Shown: positions 13,728 through 26,654 of the stretch, one piece after another
Numbering within the stretch: position 1 is the first letter of the stretch
Layout: every line of letters begins with the position of its first letter
Assembly: GCA_964016885.1 (NCBI GenBank)
Contig: OZ024745.1
Span: forward strand, 26,908,001-26,972,000
Origin: Eledone cirrhosa
Taxonomy: Eukaryota
Direction of reading: 5' to 3'
Length of the DNA: 64,000 nt
Made by a program: the position numbers and the translations under genes
Notes under the pieces: generated by a model
Told to the model about the DNA's origin: nothing
The model's input: the letters and a program-made list of their open reading frames with translations, nothing else
Databases searched by the model: none

Positions 13728-13889
13728 GCTTTGATATATCTTAATGCACACTTATATGTGCATGGATATATTTCATTCACTTTCTTATAATGATTAAGGC
13801 TCGATTTTATTCTTGAGCTGTTTTTAGAGACAAGACATGTGCTTGATATGTTTGATTTTGTATCATTCCTGACACCTTTTACTTTGAAA

Positions 13890-14087
13890 GTAATAATTGT
13901 TTCCACATTTGGCAGGCACAAGGCCAGCAATTACCCAGTGTATTACTGGTACTTTATTTTATCGACCTCGTAAGGATGAAAGGCAGAGTTAATCTCGGCG
14001 GGATTTGAACTCAGAATGACAAGGGCCGTAACTCTATGTGTCAAAGCATGGCGTCCGACCCTCTACCGATACTGCCAATCGACCGCC
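13890..14087 (-). mobile_element. SINE family A
   Basis: Family match; TSD AAAGTAATAAT. Confidence 0.9.
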
Positions 14088-14099
14088 AAAGTAATAATA

Positions 14100-14323
<224 letters not shown>

Positions 14324-14817
14324 AGTATGTATGTATACGTACATACATATATGTATACAGACGTATAGTAGCATGCATATATATATATATATATATATAT
14401 ATACAGGTACACATATATATAAGTACGTATCAGTTTAGCGGACGTTTATTATAACGCCCGCTTTGTCCGTTTGTAAACAAACGGACAGCCTCACTTAAGT
14501 AAGTGCCGTACTAAGAGTGAGAAATGAAATTTCGTTTCATTCTATTACAACTTATATATATATATATATATATGTGTGTGTGGGGGGGGGGGGGTCTGCG
14601 TCCGTGTTGTTTACACGTTGTGTATCTTTATATCCTGTAACTGAGAAGCTCGATTAATGATTGGTAAAACAAATGCTAGAATGAAATAAGTACTAGGTTA
14701 AGTGGCGATCTCTGGTGATTGAAATCCGGCAAAGGTAAGAATATACATGTGTGTAAATAGTGTAAATATGTATACGTATATACATATATAGGTGTGTTTG
14801 AATATATATATATATAC

Positions 14818-14876
<59 letters not shown>

Positions 14877-15789
14877 CGTGTATGTGTGTGAATATATATA
14901 TATATATATATGATGGCTTTTCACTCGCTTTAGATTATGGCCACGCTTTGCGCCAATTTCCTATTTCCTTTAAAAATTGAGTGCTTCTATTCCCGTTATG
15001 TCTCAAGATGACGAAGATATACACTAACATGGCAAAAGCAATACCACACACCTCAGGCACGACAGCACTTCAGCCTAGGACACTGCGAAGTACCACGACA
15101 GTTCCTGCTTCTACTAAACCTTCACAGTGACAAACTACATTAGTGACAGTATCTCATTGTCGCAGACAGACGTGATACAGCGTTCACTACAACGAAAGGT
15201 TTATCAATCTGTAATTGATCCAAGAAATCCGTGTCCTAAATCATGCTGGTTGTTGAGGACAGTAAACAAACATTACCAACACATCAGACAAAAGCTTCTG
15301 TGACATGTGAACCATTCATCAAATATTTGGAGAAACAAAAACATAAAAAAAGATGACCAGGATTTACAAGCACGGCAGGGTTGAAGTAAAATTACCCTTC
15401 TCATATTTATATAAACATATAAATAGATACATATGAATAGACTCAAATAAATGAAACAGTTCTAGTCATGTATAATAGAAGCCATTTATATATTAAACTT
15501 CATATATATGCGTATATATGCATATGCGTGTGAGCTTGTGTGTGTGTGAATGTATATATATGTATTGCTATGCTTCCCTTTCCGTCAAGAAATAAGACTA
15601 TGTAATAATGTAACGGAATTCAAAAGACTGAACGTACAAGACCTGAAAACCTATTAGCCAGTTAGATGTTGAATCTTTCATACAGTTGTTGACTGACTGG
15701 GTTGGTATAGTAAAATAATGTATTAGTATTCCTGTGCTAAGTGGAGAGGTGGGATCAGAGGAATTATTTTTGAAAATAACTAATGATTA

Positions 15790-15834
<45 letters not shown>

Positions 15835-15874
15835 GTGAGTGTGTGTCTCAGTTATATATTTATATAGATTTGTA

Positions 15875-15907
<33 letters not shown>

Positions 15908-16099
15908 TTGTGTGTGTGTGTCAGTGTGTATGCATGTGTATATATTGTGTGGGCGTGTGTGTGTGTGTGTGTGTGTGCGTGAGTATGTCAACACAAACAA
16001 CGGAAGATAAATTACATGGTTATTTACAATGGAAAACCTCAAAAAACTAGAACACCACATTTTGAAGAGTACCATATGCAATTATCAGAAGTAATATCT

Positions 16100-16275
16100 C
16101 TCAAACTGCTAAAAACAACAGCCGAGTCTCCTCCCAACCGCACCATAAAACGGATACATTAAATAATGTGGTCTTCTTTACTCCAAGGGGGGTGAATTGG
16201 ACGGTCACAGCTGGAATACCTTTAGTCCTAATTCTGCTCAATCGTGGCTAACCTCAGGCGAAACTATAACAACTG
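16100..16275 (+). mobile_element. Old SINE-like repeat 3' portion
   Basis: Resembles the reverse complement of 43375-43550; AAC-type tail. Confidence 0.45.
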
Positions 16276-16989
16276 TAAACGACATATCTATAAAACTGTG
16301 GTTTGATACAATCGCTACAGTTTGAACAAAGTGTTCAGCTTTTAGTTACTTACCTTTATGTTCTGAGTTCAAATCCTATCCAAGCCAAATTCCATACCCT
16401 CGATTGATTGCAAGAAACCAATACTATAATAGCTGTAACATCCCCCAGATAACTTTTGCCGATCTTTCAGGCTCTACTCGATGAGGATATTGCGACGCTT
16501 TTCATTCTACGACCTCTGAACATATTGAGTTCTTTATCATTGAACGCAGAATGGCTTTCATTCTTCTTGACTTCAGTTCTTGTATTTCAGTCCTCATTTG
16601 TAACATTTTGCTTTCATGTCTTATTCACGGTACGATAGATACTAGTGCTATACTAATGCCGGGACTCAAAAATCCTCCAAGCGGTCATCCAGTTTTTGTA
16701 CAACTTGACAGGTAGAATATAATTAAAACTCTCAAGTTTTCCACCTACGTGAAACCAGCTCTAGTTACGCCTTATCCTACACAGATAATACCAATTTGCA
16801 TTGATCCATAATTATCCGTATCCAAACATCGCACAAAATCAGCCGTGATACATCATGCCAAATCAGCACAAACACTTAAAACAGACGCCTTGTTTATCTT
16901 GTCCCTTTCAATAGCCCGCAAAACTATCCCTACATATATCAAGTAAGAATTACTGCTCCCCGCTTAATCGACATATAAACAACACGCAA

Positions 16990-17870
16990 ATAGAACCCTC
17001 AAGGTCACTACAAATGCTAGGCCCCTACCGTTTATGATAAGCTGTTCAGACGAAAACATATTTTAGATAGATCCAAAACTACATTACAAGTTTGGCTATC
17101 CTTTTCAGAGCCAGGAAATATTTCAGCCTCCATCAACTATGTCTCTACAAATCTCAAGGGTGAGGGCGGCTACAGTAGAGTATAGCTCCCACATCAAGAA
17201 CAGCGCTGCTGTCACACACAAACATTTTCTAGACCGCATCCAAAGAAAAGCCATTCAACTGATTAACATAAAGTCGCTCACTTCAACCTCTGGACAACTT
17301 GGAAATATGACATATATATATGGAATCATTAGAACATCTGACTGATAAAATGACAAGTCAGTCAATCATATTGGTGGCCTCCCCCAAAGTCCCGGCGGAC
17401 AGAATGGGGAAGGCGTTTCCCCGGGGGACGGCACGGGAGACGCGCTGGAAAAGCCATTCCACCTCGCGAGGCTCACACCTGCGGCTGGCCAGCTCAGTAG
17501 GAAGGTAGGGAGGTAGCCCTAGAGCCGAGGACACCAGAAGTCTCCACTGCCAAGGGTACAACCGCAAACCTGCCGGAAGAGTTTGGCCTCCTCAGCCCGA
17601 CCTTCAGCAGAACCTGGGTTAGTCGCAGACTGCATCAGGTGCGGCTATCCTTCTTTTTCTGTTCTACCTCTCGTTTCAGTATTCTCACTTCTCTTGTTTC
17701 AGTCTACCCTGGCTCCTTGTCTTCACTTGCCTCTCATTCTTCCAGCACCCTTCTATATACACTCCACACCCTGCATTAACCAATATACCAAGTCATTCCT
17801 TTGCAAATCCTTTTCATCCTAGAAATTGCTCCTCGCACGTTTTTCTTTCAGGTGTCGGCTTGTATTCCAC
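16990..17870 (+). pseudogene. Decayed CR1/Jockey-group LINE ORF2 3' end, interrupted by a CRE-like insert
   Basis: RARKYFS..LYKSQ..VEYSSHI..LDRIQRKAIQLI, resuming after ~17630 with ..INQYTKSF.. Confidence 0.65.
17310..17625 (-). mobile_element. CRE-clade RLE non-LTR retrotransposon 3' fragment
   Basis: Minus strand across frameshifts: AEEAK..VPLAVETSGVLG..REVEWLFQRVSRAVPRGNAFPIL, typical of the CRE C-terminus. Confidence 0.7.
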
Positions 17871-17879
17871 CGGATCAAA

Positions 17880-18081
17880 ATAATGGGTTCTTATATAGGC
17901 ACAAGCCCAGCAATTTGGGTGAGGGGGAAGTCGATTAAATCGACCAAAGTGCGTGACTGGTACTTTATTTTATCGACCCCGTAAGGATGAAAGGCGGGAT
18001 TTAAACTCAGATCACAAAGGGCCGTAACTCTAGGCTGCAAAGCATGGCATCCGACCCTCTACCAATACTGCCAATCCACCG
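17880..18081 (-). mobile_element. SINE family A, long subfamily, ~18-bp TSD
   Basis: TSD CCACCGGA(T/C)CAAAATAAT. Confidence 0.9.
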
Positions 18082-18355
18082 GACCAAAATAATAATTACA
18101 ATACCTGTTCCTGATTTCTGCTCAAAGCCAACAATTTAGGAGACCTAGTGTATATGTATATATAAGTGGGTGTAGTAATTAGTAAAATAACAACGGGGGC
18201 CTTTTACTAACTATTCTACTAATTAAGTACTACCGTGATATGTGGTCTTTACGGTTTCTGTACCGTGAATGCATACATACATATATACATACATACATAC
18301 ACACATACATACATACATAGATACATACATACATACATACACACATACATACATA

Positions 18356-18473
18356 CATGATGATGGCTGCCCCCTCGTTATCGAGTATCGCCATTGCACG
18401 AGGAGAAAGAAAAAGAAAATAATAATAATAATATATAATAATAATAATAAATAAATAAAAAGAAAATAAAAAC

Positions 18474-18517
<44 letters not shown>

Positions 18518-21500
18518 CATATACATACACATATACACACACACTCACACACACATATACACACACACATACATTAATAACAATAATAATAATAATGATA
18601 ATAACAACAATAATAATAACGACAACAACAATAATGATATACATATACATATATATACACACACACGCACACACATAAGCATATCTACACACACACACAC
18701 ACACACACGATAGCAACTAACAGCGCTGCGATCGAATGTGGCTTTTTAGCCCAGCCAATGATCTAAAATGTCTTGCACAGAGTCGGCAAACAAAACATTC
18801 ACTGGGAATAGTCGGCTGTGGTTGGAGTTCGTGTACTTTTGCATGTCGCTTGAGCCCTCCTGCTGATTTACATTCTCTACCACATACTTGGCAAGCATGA
18901 TGAGTAGCATCTCCAACAGCAGCCTGGTAGTCAACCACTGGTCTTACTTTATGACTGCGAAGATGACTTTCGAGTCCAGCTTTGCTTAGGCAGAGTCTCG
19001 CACAGACGCTGCATGTCAGCACCATAGGAGGACCCTCGCCGTCTGGAAGTGCAACAGCAATGCCCTTCCTCACATCCCGCTTTACTTTCTCGTATGCGAT
19101 TCGAGATGCCTCAAAGGCAACGTTTCCCTCATATACAGTCTTTCTCCATTTATTACGATCAGCAGCAATATTTTCACATGTATCAGCAGAGATGTTAGCG
19201 TCTTTCAGAGAGGCTTTCAAGGAATCCTTATACCTCTTTTTTGGTTTATGTGGCGGTCGTTTTCCTTTAACCAACTCTCCATAAAAGAGTTGTTTTGGTA
19301 TTCTAGAATCCTTCATCCTGGCAAGGTGACCACTCCAACGGAGTCGTTGCTTAAGCACAAGAGCTTCTATACTGTCACACATAGAGCTTTCCAAAATCTC
19401 GACATCACTGATGTGGTCCCTCCAGTGAACGCCATGGATCCGTCTGAGACACATCTGATGGAAACGCTCCAATTGCTTAAGGTGGTGTCGAAATGTGACC
19501 CAGGTCTCGCAGGCATAAAGAAGACAAGAGAGCACACATGCCCTGTACACCTTTACCTTTGTCCTCCTGCATATATCTCGCCGACCCCAGAGTCGCCTTT
19601 CTAGCTTTCCGAAAGCATCACTTGCTTTCCTAATCCTAAGTGAGATTTCACTGTCAAGGTTGCCGTATCGATTGACAGTGCTTCCCGGGTAGACAAACTG
19701 ATCAACCACTCCAAGTCGTTTACCATACACATAGATGTTTGGTTCAGTGTACTGCTTTCCAGGGGCAGGTTGGTACATGACGACGGTTTTCTTGAGACTG
19801 ACAGTCAGACCTAGGGCAGTGAAAGCGTCAGAAAATGTATTCAAAATGTGCTGCATATCACTCTCTGTGTGCGCTACAAGATCGCAATCATCTGCATACA
19901 AGAGGTCTCTTATGATTGATGTAAATACTTTTGTCTTTGCAGCAAAGCGCCTGATGTTAAATATGCTGCCTGAGGTTCGATATCGGATGTAAACACCATG
20001 CTCGCAATTCCTAAATGCAATACAGAAAACCATTGCAAAGTATATGGCAAACAGGGTCGGTGCTGGAATATACCCCTGTTTCACTCCATTTTTTACTGAG
20101 ATAGGCTCCGACATGTTACCCCCGACATTAACCCAAGCCTTCATGTCGTCATGGAAAGACCTAACTAAAGCAAGGAACTTATCAGGGCAACCAAGTTTCT
20201 GGAGAACCTTCCATAATGCATCTCTGTTAACAGTATCGAAAGCTTTTGTCAGATCGACAAAAACCTGATACAGATCCAAGCCTTGTTCCATGCACTTCTC
20301 CTGGAGCTGTCTAGCTGAGAAGATCATATCAGTAGTGCCGCGTCCAGCACGAAAACCAGATTGACTTTCAGGAAGAACACAATCTGCAATGTGTGTCAGC
20401 AGACGGTCCAGAAGCACCCTACATAAAACTTTCCCTACGACAGAAAGCGATGATATACCTCTGTAGTTCCCACAATCGTTCCTGTTACCCTTTCCCTTGT
20501 ACAAGACCACCATTACTGCATCTCTCCAGTCCTCAGGTACGGATTCATTAGCCCATATCCTGCCAAACAAAGAGTGAAGATGTTGCAGGAGTCTCTCACC
20601 ACCATATTGTAGGAGCTCAGCATGTATGCCATCCATACCTGGAGATCTTCCACGGTTCAGCTTCGAAATAGCCACTGCAACCTCCACAAGCGTCAGAGGT
20701 TCTGCGAGAGCTACTTTCACAGGACTTTCTGGAATGAGATTGAGGAAATTTTCACTGACGACAGACAGCTGATTCAAAAGATCATCAAAGTGCTCTCGCC
20801 ACCTTCGTAGAATTCCTTGTGAGTCACGAAGAAGTTATTTGCCATCCTTGCTGCGAAGCGGTGTCACCAGAGAAGAAGACGGTCCACAAACCTCACGCAA
20901 GAGACTGTACAACAGCTTTGTGTTATTGGAATCAGACGTAGTTTGTATCTCACCAGCCTTCTCACTCCACCACTGATCCTTCATCTGAGAAAGACTCCGC
21001 CTAACACGTGATTTTACATCCCTGAGTTCCTCATGCAACGTATTCCTCTCCTGTGGTTTTGCCGTCAAGTAGCGTGACAGAGCACGCCTCTTATCAGCCA
21101 ACAAGTCTTCTATATGTACATCATTCTCATCAAACCAGTCCTGATGTTTCCTCTGCGCCAATCCCAGAACACGCCTGCCTACATCATAAACCAACTTTTT
21201 AAGGGTCGGCCAATCCTCACCAAGATCTGAAGCCTGCATCTCTTCTTCCAATGTCCTCTTCACATTTTTATCCTTAAGACGAGCAGCATTCAATCTTTTG
21301 GGCAGGGCAACACCAGGAACCCGGATTTTACGTTTAGTGATTAGTTTCACTTTTGCGCGTACCAGGCGGTGGTCCGTCCAGCACTCAGCTCCACAAAGAA
21401 CACGAACACACTGCACATCCTGTCTGTCACGCATCCTGACTAGGACGTAGTTCAAAAGATGCCATTCCTTAGATGCAGGATGCATCCATGTGGTCTTGAA

Positions 21501-22265
21501 TTTGTTCTTTTGTTGGAACATGGTGCTGGTAACACACAGATCCAGCTCCTCACACATCTGCAGCAGGAGCATACCATTGCTGTTACACTTTCCCACCCCA
21601 TGCCTTCCGATTACATTCCATGTGTTAAAATCCCTACCCACTCTAGCATTAAAGTCACCAAGCACGATGACTTTGTCTGCCTGAGGGATATTTCTTAAAA
21701 CACCTTTCAAGGCATGGTAAAAGGACACCTTTTCCTCATCGACAGAACTCATAGTTGGAGCATACACACTCACCAGGGTAGCATATCATCCCTTGTCCAG
21801 CGGAACTCTCATGGACATAAGACGCTCACTAATCCCTACTGGGAATTCTTCTAATTTGTTCACAAGCACAGTCTTAACAGCAAATCCCACCCCAGCCTCT
21901 CTTCTGGTTCCTTCATCTCTTCCTTTCCAGAAGAATGTATATTCTCCACAAAATTCCGTAAGATGACCATCTCCAGTTAGCCTCGTCTCAGACAAAGCCA
22001 CGATGTCAAGATCGTAACGTCGAAGCTCCTTTGCAACAAGAGCGGTCCTTTGTTCAGGACGCCCCAAGGAATCCCTGTCAAGCAGCGTCCGTATGTTCCA
22101 GCAGCCAAGACTAAATGCCTTGTTTGGCTCTATTACAATGGCACGATGACGAGCGGGCCCAGGCTGTGATAACCTGGGGCCCCTGCCCTTATTGCCAATG
22201 ATCTTTTTTGTTCCAGAACCTAAATTGCCAATTATCTCTTTTATATTGTTCTGGAACATCATTGA
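18356..22265 (-). mobile_element. Near full-length RTE-clade LINE
   Basis: APE+RT+C2H2 ORF, microsatellite-rich 3'UTR, terminal CTCGATAACGAG hairpin and (TGTA)n tail. Confidence 0.95.
18717..22262 (-). pseudogene. RTE ORF (AP endonuclease, RT, three C2H2-like fingers) with two in-frame stops
   Basis: WNIRTL, ALSETRL, GDFNARVG, TDHRLV; YRGIS, FVDLTKAFD, LLYADD; the three listed ORFs are in one frame, broken by TGA (21786) and TAA (20835). Confidence 0.95.
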
Positions 22266-22300
22266 ATTGGAAAAAAAAAAAAAAAAAAAAAGTAATAATA

Positions 22301-22367
<67 letters not shown>

Positions 22368-22368
<1 letters not shown>

Positions 22369-25300
22369 TCGAATACATTCGAATACTACATTACAATGAA
22401 ACTTATGCTTATTCATTTTTGGGGCCCTTTCTGCCCGTGTGTTTGTTTGTTTATGTGTGTCCGTATACAGCGTGGTGATAATGCCACACAAGGGCCAAGT
22501 GGGATGGCGGATCCACAGATGGCTATGTAAACATACATTCGCCAATCCTCGATAAGAGTGTTTAAATATCGAACATAAACAGTTCGAATAACGGTGAAAT
22601 GGAGACTAGAACGTCATGTGACAGACTCTCACCCAACAGGTGCCCCCTGGCTCAGCAGCAGGAACCTGACTGTCAACCAAATACTGCTGATGTTGGAGAA
22701 AGAAGAAGAAGGAAAGGGGCCAGAACCAACTGGACGAAAGAATTGAATAGAACTGTTATGCAATGCTACCTGAAAAGTAACCCCAAGGAGAGGGGCTACA
22801 GGAGACGGATGCATAACATCTGGAACGAGATTGGTTTATTTAAATTAGATGAACAAAAATTGGCCGGGCAGGCTCGGGTAATAAGAACTAATGGGTGGAT
22901 AAGCGAGCTGGAACTGGAGGAACTGAGCAGAGAGAATGGCTTGGAGATGGCGGGTGTAGTATGCCAGACAAGCGAGCCGGCGGGAAATGAAGGTGAGGAG
23001 GTCCTGAGAACGGAGGAACCACCCGAAGCAGACAATGATCTGAATACTGAGATAAATAATACCTGGAACAGAGATACGGCCACTGAGGAGATGAATGCTG
23101 ACGGGCTAGGACAAGATTCGGTTGACATCCTAAATTTAGTGGTAGATGAGTTGAACAATGATAGTGGGAGACCTATGAACCTAAGATTTGTAGACAGGAA
23201 AAAGTTAAAAGAAACAACAGCTAAGGTAAACAAAGTCATCCCATACCTTGAGGCGAGGAGTCTTCACCAGTGCAACAATATCCTCAAAGCAACAGCAAAT
23301 ACGGTGAGGAAACTACTTGGTATAAAAGTGAGAGGAAACAACAGACAAGAAAGAGCAGAGCCGTGGTGGAAGAAGCGACTGAGTGGGCAAATCGAGGAAA
23401 TGAGAAATGACATAGGAAAGCTTGAGTCACTACTGAATGGGACACTAAAAAACATAGGCACTAAAAATAGACTGGAAATAAAATACAAAACTAGGAGTAA
23501 AAAGCTAAATATTATCATAGAGGAATTGAAGCAACGCATTGTAGCAAAGAGTGCCAAAATCAGGCGATACGAGAACAGAGTCAGTCAGTATAAACAGAAC
23601 CGCATGTTCGACAACAACCAGAAGATGCTGTTTGGACAGCTTGAGGGGAAAGAAAGAGGCAACGACTTGATCCCTGGGGCGGAACAAGCTAAAACATTCT
23701 GGAGAGGAATATGGGAGCAGGATGTTAGACACAATGCCCAGGCAGGGTGGATTGAGACAGTACAGAGGGAGATCGGTGAGCAGGCACAGCAACAGACTGA
23801 TTTGAGTATCACAGTTGAAACTCTTAAGGGGCAAGCCAAAAAACTAACCAACTGGAAATCACCAGGCCCAGATGGTGTGCAGGGGTATTGGATTAAACAT
23901 TTAACATCCCTCCACCCGAAGCTGACGGCCATGTTCAATGACTGCTTGGTGTCGGGTGAGGTGCCAGAGTGGTTGACAAAAGGTACCACAGTTCTGATAA
24001 TGAAAGACCGAATCAAGGGTAATGATGTTACCAACTATAGACCTATCACATGTCTGCCCGTAATGTGGAAACTGTTGACGAGCATTGTGTCTGAGGAAAT
24101 CTACCATCACCTCCACACAAACAACTTGTTGCCGGACGAACAGAAAGGATGCCGAAAGAAGTCACGTGGTACAAAGGACCAGTTGCTTATTGATAAGATG
24201 GTAATGGGGAATTGCAGGAGGAGACACACTGATCTTGCCATGGGATGGATAGACTACAGAAAGGCATTTGACATGGTGCCTCATTCCTGGATCACCAAAA
24301 GCCTGGAGATCTTCAGGGTGGCAGATAACATCAGACAGTTGCTGGGCAGGAGTATGGGGTCCTGGGAGACAGAGTTGACATCAACTGGAGTATCCTTGGG
24401 AAGCGTGAAGATCAAGAGAGGTATCTTCCAGGGAGATAGCCTGTCCCCTCTGTTGTTTGTCCTTGCCCTGATGCCCTTGACCATTATGCTGCGAAAAGTG
24501 AGAGCAGGATACAAGTTGGGAAGGGGAGAGCTTACCATCAATCACCTCCTCTTCATGGACGATCTTAAGCTCTTCGGGAAAAGTGAGAAGGAGTTGGATG
24601 TGCTTGTTGACACTGTCCGTATTTTCAGCAGTGATATATGTATGCAGTTTGGTATTGGTAAATGTGGAGTCATTGTGATGAGGAGGGGTAGGTTGAGCAG
24701 AAGTAACGGGATCCAGATACCAACAGGTGAGATGATAAAGGAAATTGACTCTGAGGAAGGATACAAGTATTTGGGCGTTCTGGAGGCTGATGGCATAAAG
24801 AACAAAAAAATGAAGGAATTGTTAAGAACTGAATACATTCGGAGAGTAAGGAGCGTATTGAAGTCACATCTGAACAGCAGAAATGCCATAAGCGCAGTAA
24901 ATTCCCGAGCTGTGTCTATTATTAGGTACAGTGCGGGAATTCTGAGATGGAATGTTGCTGAACAAAAAGAAATGGATAGGAAGACTAGGAAGCTATTGAC
25001 TATCTACAACATGTTCCACAAGAGGAGTGATGTCGATAGACTCTACCTAAGGAGATCTGAGGGTGGAAGAGGTCTTATCAGCATAGAGGACTGTGTTCAG
25101 ATGGAGAAAAACAACCTATACAAATACGTGACCTATAGTAAGGAGCCAATGCTCAGAGCTGTACTGAAGGAGGGGACAGTAGGCCAGGGGATATCCAAGG
25201 AGGAAATAACATCAAGGAGGAAGAGCAGCCTTAAGGGAAAATCCCTTCATAGTACCTTCTTTGAGAAAACTGAATTTAGAGATCCACAGACATGGAACTG

Positions 25301-26064
25301 GTTGAGAAGAGGAGACCTCAAAAAGGCTACAGAAGGAATGCTAATGGCTGCGCAGGAGCAGGCCCTCAAAACGAAGTGGTTGAAGCACCATATCTACAAG
25401 GAGGAGGCTAGCCCACTGTGCAGGATCTGTGGAGAGAGAGAGGAGACTGTGGCTCACATTGTGTCCGAGTGTAAACACCTAGCCCAGACCCACTATAAGG
25501 GCTGGAGACACGATGTGATGGGCAGGGTGATCCACTGGCACCTGTGCAAAGTAAACAATCTACCACATTCTGAGAAATGGTATGAGCATAGGCCAGAGGC
25601 GGTGATGGAGAACAGTCAGGTGAAGGTGCTGTGGGATTTTAGGATACAGACGGACAAAAAACTGGAACACAATAGACCTGACCTGGTGGTTGTGGACAAA
25701 GAAAAAAGATCGTGCCTGATTGTGGATGTGGCCTGCCCGTTCGACACGAGAGTGCAAGAGAAGGAGAGGGAGAAAATTAACCGATACCAGGACCTAAAGT
25801 GGGAGGTGAAAAGGATTTGGAACTGCCATGAAGTCAAAGTGATCCCGATTGACATAGGCGCACTGGGGACTATCTCCAAAGGTTTCCAGGGATGGTTAAA
25901 GAAAATCGGCCCCTTCACGCTTTTTGGAACGCTTCAAAAGGCATGCTTGCTTGGAACGGCAAGAACCCTCCGATACGTCCTGAATATCTGAGGCTGCAGG
26001 TAGTGGCTTGATATTCAATCCAACGGACTTTCCAGTTAACCAACATCAATGACTGAGATTCAAG
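22368..26064 (+). mobile_element. Full-length R4/Dong-clade non-LTR retrotransposon in (TAA)n
   Basis: (AAT)n on both flanks; ~230-bp 5'UTR, single ORF, short 3'UTR. Confidence 0.93.
22599..25991 (+). CDS. R4/Dong polyprotein: RT, CCHC knuckle, restriction-like endonuclease (1130 aa, uninterrupted)
   Basis: SPGPDG, YRPITCL, IDYRKAFD, GIFQGDSLSP, LFMDDLK, CRIC..HIVSEC, RPDLVV..IVDVACP..KINRY. Confidence 0.95.
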   Translation: METRTSCDRLSPNRCPLAQQQEPDCQPNTADVGERRRRKGARTNWTKELNRTVMQCYLKSNPKERGYRRRMHNIWNEIGLFKLDEQKLAGQARVIRTNGWISELELEELSRENGLEMAGVVCQTSEPAGNEGEEVLRTEEPPEADNDLNTEINNTWNRDTATEEMNADGLGQDSVDILNLVVDELNNDSGRPMNLRFVDRKKLKETTAKVNKVIPYLEARSLHQCNNILKATANTVRKLLGIKVRGNNRQERAEPWWKKRLSGQIEEMRNDIGKLESLLNGTLKNIGTKNRLEIKYKTRSKKLNIIIEELKQRIVAKSAKIRRYENRVSQYKQNRMFDNNQKMLFGQLEGKERGNDLIPGAEQAKTFWRGIWEQDVRHNAQAGWIETVQREIGEQAQQQTDLSITVETLKGQAKKLTNWKSPGPDGVQGYWIKHLTSLHPKLTAMFNDCLVSGEVPEWLTKGTTVLIMKDRIKGNDVTNYRPITCLPVMWKLLTSIVSEEIYHHLHTNNLLPDEQKGCRKKSRGTKDQLLIDKMVMGNCRRRHTDLAMGWIDYRKAFDMVPHSWITKSLEIFRVADNIRQLLGRSMGSWETELTSTGVSLGSVKIKRGIFQGDSLSPLLFVLALMPLTIMLRKVRAGYKLGRGELTINHLLFMDDLKLFGKSEKELDVLVDTVRIFSSDICMQFGIGKCGVIVMRRGRLSRSNGIQIPTGEMIKEIDSEEGYKYLGVLEADGIKNKKMKELLRTEYIRRVRSVLKSHLNSRNAISAVNSRAVSIIRYSAGILRWNVAEQKEMDRKTRKLLTIYNMFHKRSDVDRLYLRRSEGGRGLISIEDCVQMEKNNLYKYVTYSKEPMLRAVLKEGTVGQGISKEEITSRRKSSLKGKSLHSTFFEKTEFRDPQTWNWLRRGDLKKATEGMLMAAQEQALKTKWLKHHIYKEEASPLCRICGEREETVAHIVSECKHLAQTHYKGWRHDVMGRVIHWHLCKVNNLPHSEKWYEHRPEAVMENSQVKVLWDFRIQTDKKLEHNRPDLVVVDKEKRSCLIVDVACPFDTRVQEKEREKINRYQDLKWEVKRIWNCHEVKVIPIDIGALGTISKGFQGWLKKIGPFTLFGTLQKACLLGTARTLRYVLNI

Positions 26065-26106
26065 TAATAACAATAACAATAATAATAATAATAATAATAA
26101 TAATAA

Positions 26107-26428
26107 ACTAAAACAATACCAGTGGTTGTAGGCGCTCTGGGAATGATACCTAAGAGGTCTAACGACTACTTATCGCAAATCCCAGGAAACCCGCGTATAG
26201 GAGAAATACAAAAGATAGTACTAATGGGAACTGCCCATATACTAAGGAAGATCCTGTCAATATAAGTACATCACAAGTCTAAACACTAAGGATGCATGTG
26301 TGAATATGTATGTTCTTTCTTGAACATGGCGGACCTTGTTGTCTCTTGAGGTCACTGGTTGTGACTTGGTGATAACTCGTATGAACATAAAGCAAGATAA
26401 ATGCAAATAATAATAATAATAATAATAG
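26107..26428 (+). mobile_element. 3' fragment of a second Dong-like family stacked in the same (TAA)n
   Basis: TIPVVVGALGMIP..IQKIVLMGTAHILRKILSI*, then UTR and (TAA)n. Confidence 0.85.
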
Positions 26429-26455
26429 TACACTATTAATAATTATTAATGCACT

Positions 26456-26572
26456 CGTGCAATGCCTGTGCGTGACGAATATTTTTAAAGTGAGGAAAGA
26501 CTGTGCACTGAGCCAATCCCACTCTCTGAGCGACAGTAGCTATAACCCGAAAAGAAGAAAAGATCAACATCA
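26456..26572 (-). mobile_element. Diverged fragment of the bipartite RTE derivative
   Basis: Similar to reverse complement of ~11258-11367. Confidence 0.6.
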
Positions 26573-26654
26573 TACATACATACATACATACATACATACA
26601 TACATACATACATACCTACATACATACATACATACATACATACATACATACATA

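Noticed and set aside
14990-15400. Possible host exon (also 33420-33660, 60700-61200, 62930-63265)
   Set aside because: No recognisable protein homology or convincing splice structure
18982-25918. Antisense ORFs overlapping the RTE and Dong ORFs
   Set aside because: Shadow frames without motifs
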